From Takakia lepidozioides (taxonomy: Eukaryota > Plantae > Bryophyta), in NCBI GenBank assembly GCA_030704615.1, contig CM060733.1, positions 24,800,001 through 24,864,000 on the forward strand: a stretch of DNA of 64,000 nt. Direction: 5' to 3'. Below, piece by piece: positions 1 through 12,500 of this stretch (position 1 is the first letter of the stretch; every line of letters starts with the position of its first letter). Under the pieces are notes generated by a model. The model ran no database searches, was not told the DNA's origin, and saw only the letters and a program-made list of their open reading frames with translations. A program made the position numbers and the translations under genes.

Positions 1-2473
1 CAGCTGAGGCCGAATAGATTTCCACGCTTCCCATATGGAGCTCCAAGCCTCCGAGCCGGGCGATTTTGATTTCTTATTCCCATGTACAAGCCACTTGAGG
101 GATGGCGCCTAGGACGGCGAGTTGGTAGGGAAGGAATGCATCAAATGCGATCTGACCAGAGTGCACCAAGGACTATCGCCATTATAGAGCGCTCTTGGGA
201 CCCATTTCGCTAGCAAGGCAGCAATCTGCATGAAAGGGTCTAGGAGGCCCAGACCACCTTCTTTGCGCGGCCTATACAATTGAGCCTAGGAAACCAAAGC
301 TCTTTTCGTGGGGTTTGTGGGGACGCACCCCACAAGAAATTCCTCATAAGAGCTTTAATTTCACCTATGAGCTTAGAGCCTAGCGACCAGACCGAGGCAG
401 GATACCAAATAGAGGCTAGTAAAACCTGGTTAAGCACAAGGGCCCTACTTGCAATGGAGAGTATCGCCGAACTCCAAAAGGCGAGGTTGTTTCGAAGTTT
501 TTGCAAGATAGGCTCAAACCTTTGCTCATATGTTAGGCCTATCCCATTCTAGAAACCAAGGAGAGTGTGTGCCGAGCCTGGCGGGAGCCATCTCAAGCCC
601 AAATCTTGTCCCCAGGGAGTAGCATGATGACTGGAAGAGGAGGCTGGCAACTCCGCGAGGAGCCCTACCGATTTATTCCAGTTTATCTTAAGCCCTGAAG
701 CCGAGCATAAGAACTGCAATGCTTCCTTAGCTCTGTCAATTTTAGCAGCATCTTTACCGTGGTCTCATCAACATACATGGAGATCTTAATAGAAGGACTC
801 TGTAGTACCTTTAGACCTATGATGTCTTGTCTGGTACCGAAGTAATGACCTAGAGCATCCACTGCTATAAGAAAAAGATAAGGGGACAGAGGGCAGCCTT
901 GCCTTACAGACCTGTGTAGAGCAAATGATTTTGAAATAGCACCGTTTACAATTACTTTGTTGGACGCTGAGCTGAGGAGAAGACAAACCCATTTTGAGAA
1001 AACTTCAGGCATTCCCATTTTGACCAAGATTTGATGAAGGAAGCTCCAGTCTATGTTATCAAAAGCCTTTTCAAAGTCTAGCATAAGAATAGACAGGGGT
1101 TGCTTCGAACTTTTGACCTTCTAAATAACTACGTTGATGAGGAGGACATTGTCCAAAATCATCCTGCGGCCTTGTAAGAAACCAGATTGCTCCCGCCTAG
1201 TAAATCTATCAAGAATGGGCTGCAGTCTTAAGGCTAGAGCCTTGGCGATAATTTTGTAAGTTGTGTTAAGAAGCGTGATGGGCCGGTAATTGGTCATCAG
1301 GTTTCTTTCATCTTTCTTAAAAATTAACGTAATAAGACCAATAGATAGCTGAGACGGCATAATCCCTTTGAGATGAATATCCTTGGCCATCTCTACAAAG
1401 TCTCCCTCAATAGATGACCAGAGGGCTTTATAGAATTCAATGGGCATGCCATCTAGCCCTGACATCTTTCCAGGCTTTAGTGATTTCAAGGCCTCTGCCA
1501 GCTCAGAGTCCGAGAGAGGGGATGAAAGATCCTCAACATCTTTCTCAGATAGGAGGGAAGGAATGTGTTGAAGAATTTCTTCAGAGTCAATCCTGGCCTC
1601 ATTGGATTGGGGCCTCTTCGAAAAAAAAAAGGCAAAATGTTGCTCAACAATTGCTGTCATCTCCTTTGGAGAGGAAGTGGAGGACCCATCCAGTTTTCTG
1701 AGCAAAACAATGGATGAGGCCATCCGCCTTTGCTTGGCTTTGATGAAAAAAATCTGTTCATTTTTTCCCCTTTCAAAGACCAGTTTACCCCAGCTTTCAG
1801 CCGAGCATAGCATTCTCTTTTTCTTGCCTGAAACTCCAGAGACTAGATTTGGCTTTATTATAGTTCATGAGAGTGCTAGGGCCTTTATCTTTGTTTCCCA
1901 AAAGTTGCTGGCAAAGATGGAGGCACTTGAGCAGACATTTTTCCTTTTGAGAAGTGCCATTGCAAGTGCCTTAGAGAGCTCTTGAGCTCTAAGCCGAGTG
2001 GCCTCTAACTTAGCAAGAAATTTTAGAGTGGCATACTCAAAATGATTCCCAGATGAAGACCACACCTGAGCTAGATCATTGTCCATGGACTGCGATTTTA
2101 ACAGGGACAGATTTAACTTGAAGTAACTTCTTCCTTTGGACCTAGAACCAAGAACACTGAAGAGAGTTCTAATTTCCATGTGACCAAAATCCGGAAGCAT
2201 TGGGCCAAGAGGGTTCGCCTCGGCCCAAGAGATGCTTCCGCTAGTGCAGTAAACATGGTCTAGCCTAGCCATGACCAGATCCGGGGGTGCTGATCTACAG
2301 GTAGTCCAAGAGAAACGGAGGTCATTATCTCCTAGAATGGAAATGTCAATAAACCCAACTGAGAGGCAGAGGGCTTCCCACGCAAACGTGATGTTTTCCA
2401 ATACACAACAAATGAAACAATCTATGGTAAAAACTGATGAGATATTGCATAATATTTTGGCTTTAATTCCCAA
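1..2473 (-). mobile_element. Degenerate LINE (L1/Tx1-like) ORF2 remnant: endonuclease end, RT and post-RT region
   Basis: Collinear minus-strand ORF pieces: 1865..2473 (ARLDHVY, YFKLNLSLL; end of APE endonuclease), 1121..1813 (GLDGMPIEFY, NYRPITLLNTTYKIIAK, QSGFLQGR), 683..1084 (LDFEKAFD, VRQGCPLSPYLF, MYVDE for YADD) and 240..506 (SRALVLNQVLLASIWY, NFLWG). Broken by frameshifts; runs off the window start. Confidence 0.9.
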
Positions 2474-2772
2474 TGCAAGAGGAAGGAGGCTTGAGATTCC
2501 AAAAATATATGCAAGATCCGAAGAGGTTTTCTTTGGGTTAACTTATATGGCATTTTAGGAATGATAGATATGTAACATTTTTTTCAGCTGTGATTGGAGC
2601 TTTCCTACAGCGGAAGGCTCCCTAATAACACAACAACAAGAGAGAAGACATAGCACATAAAGGTCGTAGGGCACTAGTCTTATGTCCCAAAAAAATCCCT
2701 CCCTTATTCTGCATAGAAAAAAAACTACTAGATTTTGCTAGATCATTGGCTGAGATTCCCTAAAGGTACCTC

Positions 2773-2880
2773 CATGCTAAACGTCACCTCGAATGCTACC
2801 GCTGCTGTGCTACCGCCGTCGAATGCTACCATCCTTGCTATGCTACCGCCGTTGCTATGCTACCACTGTGGCTATGTTAC
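2773..2880. repeat. Short degenerate tandem repeat (ATGCTACC-centred unit, ~15-19 nt)
   Basis: About 6 spaced copies of (a/g)tgctacc / atgttacc. Confidence 0.6.
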
Positions 2881-2882
2881 CT

Positions 2883-3273
2883 TATATACCCTGATTAGAT
2901 ATACCCTTCATTTTAACATATACCCTTCAGAAACTAGGGTATATTGGACTTCTTGATGCAGGGTAAATAGAAGCTCCAATAGGAGGTCGATTTGTCCTTC
3001 ACTCTACGGTGTGTATACCTTCATGGTACTTTTAGGGGTTTTACTTTTTTCCCCACCAAAAATAAACATAAATAAAGCTTCCAGGGCAAAGTCCCCGGAT
3101 TTAAAAAATAAATAAAAAAATAAGAAAAAATAGAAGGATAAGTGTATATCATAAAAATATACCCTAATATAAGGGTATATGTACATCCAAGTACCTAAAC
3201 TTGCCACACCAAGGTATATATATATATATCAATATACCCTGTATATCAGGGTAATCAATATACTCCAACACTG
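2883..3273. mobile_element. Probable end of a non-autonomous DNA transposon (ATATACCCT subterminal motifs, CAGTGTTGG-type terminus)
   Basis: Roughly 8-9 copies of atataccct/agggtatat in both orientations, ending in ...tactccaacactg. No partner terminus found. Confidence 0.35.
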
Positions 3274-3368
3274 GTCTCTACAGTCTCTCAGTTCTCTACA
3301 CAGCCATCAACTACTTAATTAAGGGCTCCTCTTAAGTGGGCTTCGCCGATTTATATTCTTGGAGGCAA

Positions 3369-3377
3369 GCCACGTCA
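3369..3377 (-). promoter_or_regulatory. TGACGTGGC bZIP-type element (hex/UPRE/ABRE-like) upstream of the alpha-mannosidase
   Basis: gccacgtca about 135 bp upstream of the ATG. Motif match only. Confidence 0.2.
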
Positions 3378-3511
3378 CGATAGAAACTGCAGAGTGGCAA
3401 TGCCACATACGCAGTGTCCATCTTGATTCTTGTTGAAGGAAGATGAGGACAGATGAGTACAGTTGCCTCACTGCATGAATCCATGATGCAGAGCTGGTGA
3501 AGGTGGGAGAG

Positions 3512-6500
3512 ATGGGTCGCAGCATGCTGGTGCTGCTTTGGTTTGTGGGTTACGGCCTACTCTGCAATGCAACACTGCACGGAGGTGGGGGATGGTGTGG
3601 TGGAGTCATTGAGTACGATACAGGTGCTTCCGTTGTAGAAGGAAAGCTGAATGTGCATTTGGTGCCACACTCGCATGATGATGTCGGTTGGCTCAAGACT
3701 GTGGATCAGTACTATATTGGTTCCAACAATTCTATCCAGGTTAAACAAAATTGCATCCTTTTATCGTGTTGCTGGAGATGATTGGTGGTTGTGATGGTCT
3801 CAAGATACCTTTTTCCCCTGTGCTTGCGATTGCTAGAAAGTGATTTTTATTCTAGACGTGTAAAATGTTGCATCTCCCCTTCCCTTAAATTATGTCGTTT
3901 CTTGTGCATCTAAAAATTGGATTCGGTGTGAAGGTGGTGGGATGTAGACTCCAGTCATTGTGATACAGTAAATTTGGTTCAATTGTTCACTTCTGGAAAT
4001 ATGATGTGTGTCTTCACTCCCACTTTGTTGGTTGGGATCTTCTCCAAACTTTGACCAGTGTATGAGCTTGTCCTGTCAAACTCACACTGTCTCATGTTTA
4101 CTCTAGTTAGTTCAGAGTGCCAATTGTATAAAAATTAGCAGTCATGTAATCAGGATCAACTGTCTCATCCCTCACCTTGAGTCATGTGGTGGTGTAGCAC
4201 TCTTTGAGAAGAGGAGCTAAGAAGAGTGCACAATACTTCTTGGATGGATGGTAGCACATATAAGCAGCCATTGTGAGCTTCAACTTGGTACTCACGAGTT
4301 GCCCGTTGATTTAAATAGATAATCTATGTATCTTGATAGATCCCACCCCAAAAGGGGCAGTACCCCAAGGCAAAGAGGCTCTTATTTACGCTAACTTGGG
4401 TCTCTCTCTTCATGAATCTGAATCTCCAACATGGATCAGTAGGTAGATTCATATGTATGAGTTAAATCTGTAATAGAGGTTCCACATAATCGGGTTGCCG
4501 CTGCTATCTTCATTCTGTTTCGAGGACTTCAATTAGCTCTTTGGTAGTTGCATTAGCAGCTTAGACTTTCCTTCGGAGGGACTTGGAGAGTTTAATGAGG
4601 ATGGGAGCACTGCGCAGGTGGCAGCCGTGCAATATATATTGGATTCAGTTGTAGCTGCTCTGCTGGAAGACTCAAACCGCAAGTTCATCTATGTAGAGCA
4701 GGTATGCACTCCTTGGGACCATTCTGTTTTTCGTGCTGGGTCCTTGGAGATAGCAGTTATCTACTTTCTGGGTCTCTTGGAGGGCAAGATCTCAATAGCT
4801 TTTGTGGCCTCTGGTTTGCTGGAAGAGGCCCCATGGGTGGGACAGAAAGTTGGGCAAAAGCCAATCACCGGAGAACTTACAGACCAAGAGAGTGAGTCCG
4901 TCAACAGATATTTCCAAGTTGTTTGATAGTCATGAATTGAATATGTTATCGAGTTTCACATGGGTTACTTTCACTGCATTTGGAAAGCATTATTTATGTA
5001 AATGTAGCTTGATAACATGCTGGTCTGAAGAAGTTTATGAGACTTGTAGGCAACATTATCAGTTACATGCATATGCATTGAATCTTGCTGAGCAGGAGGG
5101 GCCATGTATGGTTCAGAGTCTTGACTTAGAGCATGGGCACTATGAACTTTCTCTCATGCTTACGTTTAAAAAGAGGGCTGATATGGAATGAATGGGTTGG
5201 GACAACAGGCATTCTTTCAGCGTTGGTGGAGAGAGCAGACTACAGCAAAGCAAGAGCTAGTGAAGCAGCTTGTGCAAGCTGGGCAGCTTGAATTCATGTA
5301 ATGTCGTTAGTGGCTTTCCCTAGTAGCAAAGACTGGGCCATTGCACAACACTAGGTCAAATTTACGAATCTCACAGCTGTATGCTTTGCCACAGTATGCC
5401 AATTGTAGTCATTGCAAGGCAATATTCTTATTTCTATGCTTGGGGTCTCAACATGTGGGATGTTGCAGCAATGGAGGATGGTGTATGCATGATGAAGCAA
5501 CCACACACTACATTGACATGATAGATCAGACAACGCTAGGGCACCGCTACATCAAGCAGCAGTTTGGCAAGGTTCCTCGAGTTGGCTGGCAAATCGATCC
5601 TTTTGGACATTCTTCCATCCAGGCCTACCTCCTTGGTGCAGAGGTGCACGAGATGTTGAGAGTTATCTGTGCTACTTAGTGATGGAAAGTATGGCAATCA
5701 GTTCTAAATATTGAGGAACAAAGTTGCAGATGCAAGTTCACTCCGCATGGCTTCTACTGTGAATGAGCAGAAATTATCTTAGTTCAGGCTTTCATTGGGT
5801 GGAAAGATTAAGACTTTTCATTGTTTAGTCTAAGAGTTTCTGTTTCTGTCCCCTGCAATATATAGGTTGTACCCCTTCTCTGTGTAGTTTTCCTCTGTCA
5901 TGGTCAACACTTTGTACTTGGTAGGCCGGTTGAAAGTAGAAGGTCTTGAGCAGAGCCACTACCTGGCATTTGCACAGGCTGTTGTAGACTTGGATTGACA
6001 GTTGAGGAGAAAATGAAATTCATGACAACATTGTCTACGGAGAAGTTATGAAACGAAACAGAGGTCCATGAGCTGCAGTTTAGCGCATGAATGCTGCATT
6101 GACATGGTATACTGGATGGTGCAGTTGGGCTTTGATGCAGTGTTCTTTGCCAGAGCTGACTATCAGGATGTCATAAAACGGCGCAAAGACCGAACCATGG
6201 AGGTGGTGTGGCGTGCCTCCAAATCTCTTGGAGCATCTGCACAGGTAGGTTTGATCTTGGATAGTGGCAGTGTGACACTCAGTTTGCTCTTGTTAACAAC
6301 TGACGATGGTGATCCCAGGTAGGAAGGGTCTAATGGGTTATGCTGAATTGGGTCATTTGACACCTCATCCAGTTTCTATACAAGAACAAATGAAATTAAC
6401 CGTGATGTTTGCAGAACGAATGTCTCTGCAGAGATGTGGTCACTTTAAGGACTGTGGATCCTCAGTTTATTGAAATGGTCAACTGGATGGCACTTGGCAC

Positions 6501-9500
6501 CCTGTCCAAGCTGCAGACCAGCTGTTTCTCAAGTATGGGGAAATGTGTAAGAGCGTGTCCTTTGTCTGAGATGTGGAACTTTGGTACAGATCTTTGCAGG
6601 AGTTATGGCTCACCATTATGACCCCCCTGATGAGTTCCGTTATGACATCTCCTCAACAGGCTATCCTATCCAGGTGCTCACTCCCTGTCCAGCATGTAAA
6701 TTAATTACTTCATTCAGTTGGTTCTACAGATTCTCTGCTAAGTTATTATGTGTGGGTGGTCTTTTGTGCAGGATGATCCTCTGCTGTATGACTTTAATGT
6801 ACAAGAGCAAGTTGATCTCTTCGTGAAGCTTGCTCAAGAACAGGTATGTGGGGCTTTAGCAAAGGTGTTGTGGTGTTTACTATCACAAATCCAGCTTATT
6901 ATGCTTGCTCAGTTTGGCACCTAAGGTCACCTCACTAACCTGTAAGCAGCACATGCAGTGCGAGGGGTGCGTGTTGCTGTGGATGCTGGCTTTGCAAATT
7001 GATCATCTATAGGGAATTCTGAGCTTTGAATTAGAGCTGATGATTATGAATCTCTTGTTTGTTCACAGAGTCAACAGTTTCGAACAAATCACATAATGTG
7101 GGCCATGGGTGATGACTTTGCATATGAGAATGCCAATACCTGGTTCAAGCAAATGGATAAGCTCATTCATTATGTGAACCAGGTAATCATGTTACTTATA
7201 TTCAACAGTTTGGTCTTTCGTGTGATCGATGTTTGAGATGTAGGATATAGCAGTTAGGGTTATTGATGCATTTGGACTGTCACACTGCATGAACTGCGGC
7301 TCAAATTGTGATTAAAGTATGTGTGGGTTTGGGCACAGCCATACCCCACCTTCCACTGGTTTTGTTGCTTTGTTGCTCTTACTTGAACTGGTGCAACATC
7401 TGTTTGGGGCACCTTTCAATTTCCGTATGGAGGTGTTTTCTGTACTTATATATGTATATTGTGAAGTAGGGTTGTTGCTCCTCATATGGGCTTCTAGCAA
7501 ATGCAAGATCACTGTCTTTCACATGTGGTTTGTCACAGGATGGTCGTGTGAATGCACTTTACTCTACACCATCCATCTATTTAGATTCCAAGCATGCAGC
7601 AAATGAGAGATGGCCTCTCAAGACAGATGATTATTTTCCGTGAGTACTGAACATTTCTATTTCATCCCACCTAGTCATATGTTTTTTGAAGGTACCTCCA
7701 ACTTGAGAGCTGAATCAATAGGTCAATCCCTGGCAGTTGTGGATATAGGTCTGTGTATTGCTTGAGAGTTGGGAGCATTTTGCTGGAGGTAATATATACA
7801 AATTGCATTGTGGGTCAATATTGACAACAAGCATGACTATGTTTGGAACTTCTACTATTTGCCAAAAAGTGACATCAGGGAGGCAAACAATGCAGGTATG
7901 CAGATTGTCCCCACTGCTACTGGACAGGTTATTATTCTAGTAGGAGTGCTTTGAAGGGATATGTGCGCAAGCTTTCTGGCTTCCTCCAAGTAAGACTAGA
8001 AGTGTCAAGTCATTCAACACATTCTCCAGTTGCAAAAGATAGTGCATATGGCGAAAGTAAGCCTTGCTTCAATTTTAGAGCGACTGCTTGAAGATGATAG
8101 GATGAATAATTAATCATCCACAAGGTTTATGGGAACAACTGTGTAGGACTCTTACAGTCTGCCAATGGAACATGTGTGACTGAGCAGGCAGCAAGACAGC
8201 TAGAGTTTCTAGTGGGCAGGCAACAAGAAGGACCCAATACAGACAGCCTAGAGGAAGCACTGGCAATTCTTCAGCATCATGATGGAGTTAGTGGCACAGA
8301 GAAGCAGCATGTTGCAAATGATTATGCCTCACGTCTTGCAGCTGGAGCTGCTGAGGTAGGTGTATGCTGTACTGTGGTTGTGAATTTTTTTGGTTTTGTT
8401 GCACACAGGTTTGAAGCATGTGGTAACATTGCTAATGAATGCCGATGATTGGGCTGTCACTGGTTATTGCCGGAGAATTTGTGAACAGTCTACTTAAAAC
8501 GGGTACTGTTTGCCACCCAGGCTGCAATGGTTATGAATGCTGCTCTAGCTTCGTTGATCAGTGCCAAGACAATGTCCTTGAGTCACATGGATGAGAAAGA
8601 GGAGGAGAGTTCTACTGCTCTGCACCATCTGTTACTGCAGCAAGAGCACAAGGCCACAAGTACTAGAAGTGGAACTGCGGGAATTCAATTTGAGCAGGTG
8701 GTGTGAGGATTGACGCTGAACATTTGATCTCCCCTGAAAATTGTTTTTATTCTTCAGTGATGCATGATTGACGAGGATTTCACTTGGCATCCTTTTCGTG
8801 GCTGAGAACAGCATTGCCAGTCCCCTTGAGCACAACACCCAAATAATTGCATCACATTCGTCTTGTGACTCGAATGGATCCAGCAGTCTTTAATTCTAGA
8901 AAAGTTTCCCATTTTATGACAGATGTAGCATCCAGTTGTCATAGTTATATAAAGGAATGACCATACAAGTATTGCTGACACGTCACAATCTTCAGATGAC
9001 CATTAGATGTTTTCTTGTAGTGGGACATTGAGTTTTCTTGTACTACTTGTGAGACTGAAAACCTTTGTACGTAAGGTTGGTACTTGTGCCATGCAGAGTA
9101 AATATAGTCCATTCTTGCTGTACTGCAGAATACATTACATTAAACAAAATTTCTTTTGTGTGCATTGCTTTAAACTGAAGTTGATTCTGCTACAGAGAGG
9201 AGTATTTATTTCTTATTCCCAATCAGTTGTGTTGTTGGACTCCCCGCAGTGTCTTCTGCTGAATGTCAGCTACTGCCCACCCTCTGAGGGGGAGCTTTCA
9301 GTCGGGAAGAGTTTGGTATGTATTCATCAATCAATTTCAGAAGTACATGTCAGCTCTTGACACAGCTGTTTATGACTTGCAGCTTCAAAGGGTTGAACCT
9401 AGCCCCAGGTTCCTTCATATTTTACCTAACTTCATCTTGCCTTGGGGGGTGTGGGGTTGTCTGATTTCCATAGGTAGTGGTTGTTTACAACCCTCTTGGT

Positions 9501-12500
9501 TGGTTTCGGAAGGAGTTCATACGGATCCCAGTAAGGACTACTCTCCTTATTACTACAATGTTTTGCTAGTGCAGGTTTTGATGTTGGTTTTGGACAATCA
9601 TTTTACATCAAGAAGATGTGTTGGCCATGAGTTGTGAGCTTGTCTTATGCCCCACCTTGAGGCAGCCTGCAAGCTTTCTGCTGATGCTTCTTTCACCTGC
9701 AGTTGGGTGGGGTCCTGATGGGGGAGCTTGCAAGGACAGGCTATATAACTCAACCTTGATTGCTGCCTAATTCCAGCAGTATAACTGATAGAATAGTGGA
9801 GATAAGTCTGGCAACAGAACCACTGACGCAGAGGTGGGAGCAGGTGTCAAGCTCAGCCCTGGAAGTGAGCGATGCAGAAGGCAATGCTGTACCATCACAA
9901 CTGGTACCTCTTCCGAAGTCTGTGCGTCGTGTGAGAAATCTCTACATGAAGGTCCATGCTGGTGCTCCTTCGGGCAAGGATCCCCTGTATTCTTTGGTGT
10001 TCTCAGCATCCATTCCTCCACTGGGTTATGGCACCTTCATCATCCGGCAACCATCTACTAGCAGTCCTTGTGAGTCACTGAGCTGCTCTTTGACACCTTT
10101 GGCAGTCTTTCTGAGGCTGATTTCACAGTTGCTTGAGTTGCCCCCATCGTTCTGCGTCTCTGATTCTGCTTAGAAGGATCTTATTTGGACTGTCAATAAT
10201 TGTCAGGTCCTAAGAATCATATGATACATCAAGTCCGGAGATTGGACTGAAAAGTCGGAGGAAAGAGTAGTAGTTGAAAGACAAATGGAGTTGCTGACAT
10301 AGGAAGATTGTTGGTGGTCAATATAGGCTGTCAATTAGATTGCTTAGAAAGTAAGGTTGGATGCAGATGCGGCAAGGGTATCTTCAGTAGACAAAAAAAT
10401 GCGAAATCGTGTTCTGCGTCTGAATTCGAATCAGTTACAGCTCAGTTTCTCCAGTTCCACAGGCCAGCTGATGCAGATGATGAACTTGAAAACTCAAGTA
10501 TGTTTTCAAACTTTGTTCAGTTCTTCCCATATTTCCTTTTATTTGGTGAGTCAAATTCAAATCAGGAAATCATCAAATTTTAATTTGTTTGCTACAATGC
10601 TCATCCTCATCTGCATAGATGCTTCAGATATGGAATTTAAAATTTGATACATTATTGATACTTCCTATTGAAATAGTGATTGCAAGTATGTTGGGGAAAA
10701 AGTATCTGGGTCGTGGTCAATTCATGGATCTGCAGGAATTGTATCAGTTTGGATAGTGCTGAAGCTCTTTATAATTTGAACAGGCAGTGACTCCTATTCA
10801 GCAATCATATTGCTGGTACAATGGCAGCGATGCAAACACTTTCGAAGACCCAAATCAGGTGTCAAAACGTGCAATGCATTCCTCATGCCTAGAGTTGCAA
10901 CGTAATGATTTTAGTCACTAGCAATGGTGGTTCCGGCTTCCCTCCCACAGCCTTTGGCAATGGTATTGGGCCCTTGACCCGTTATAGACTACTATGGATG
11001 TCGGGATTCTTTCAGCATTTGACTGGTATAATTAGGACACCTACTAGTAGCTCTTGGCCATACCTGTTGGAGGTGTTCCTCTTCCTGCAGAACTCCAGGC
11101 ATCTTTGCAACTGAGGAACTGGAGCTGTGGATTGAAGTTGTGGAGTAACAAGTTACTGTTGACTAAGGGTGCCAGTTAAAAGACTTCAATGATATGAGTA
11201 CATGCTCCTTCAATTGGTTTGATGAGCACTCCAAACACCTCTATGGCTGAAGTAGGCTATTTTTGCAGGCATCTGGAGCATATGTCTTCCGACCAAATAC
11301 ATCCACGTGTTTTCCTATCAATACTACCAATCCATCTGTAAGTTTGTGGCGCCTTCCTGGGTGGTCATTTCATGTGCACTTCTACTGGAAAACCAGACCA
11401 CATTCGACAGCAGCATTCACTTGTCTAAATCATGGGACCTGGTTCATGTGCTTCAGGCTTTTAGCAGTCGACTGATTGCAGATTGCAGACAATGCTATGA
11501 TCACGTAATGCCTTGGCATTTTAGGCTTTGCAATTGGCTACCCTCACAATCTTACTGATGATTATGCCGCTGAATTTTTGTGATGTACTACTTTAGGTGT
11601 CTCTGGCAGTTATTCGAGGTCCTCTGGTAGAAGAAGTGCATCAAACATTTTCTCCGTGGCTTTCTCAGGTTTATATCTCCTCACTTTTCCACATACCACA
11701 TCTAGGGTTGTGTTGCTGAAGGAGAAGTGAAAAGCAGCTTTCTCGATTGCTGTCTTTGTCATTTGCTCTGGTGGGTTTATATGGTTATGGGCCTCAGTGT
11801 GAGGTGGGTAGTGAATTTGAGCTCCCCCCATTCTGCTGCTACTATCACCACCGATGAAGTAGTTTGGGTAACTTATGTGATATCCTCAAGCTGTGTTTTT
11901 TGGCCTTCACTGTCAATGATTTATGCAGGTGATTAGGGTATACAAGGATGCAGAGCATGCAGAAGTGGAGTTCACAGTATGTTTCGTGAGCCCTTGTTAT
12001 TATTACTTTTCAGACTGCCATCTCCTCATGAACTAACAACATGTTCTGTGCAAGTTGCAGATTCATATGAAATATATTTTTCTCATCACGCAGGGCTCTT
12101 AGGCCAGGACCAAGTTCTGGGGGTTCCACAGCATGTCTTACCATTATAATCATGGTGGAATGTGCTTGATGAACTGCTATATGTTTTTGATGATTGTCAT
12201 GGAGCAAATCGAAACAGTTTTCAACTGATGACAATGTTGTATCGTTTGGCAGGTTGGTCCTATCCCTATTGAGGACAGCCTCGGAAAGGAGGTGGTGACC
12301 AAGCTGACAACAGAATTATCGAGTAATGGAGAGTTTTACACAGATTCGAACGGCCGTGATTTTCTGAAACGGGTAAGTCCAGGTTCAGTCTTAAAGGCTG
12401 ACTGTTTATTTGTGATAGCAGCTGCAGATAATTCCATGTCTCGATTTGTGTCATACTTTGGATGAGATGGCAGCATGTAGGAAACCTTCGTCTTTGAATA

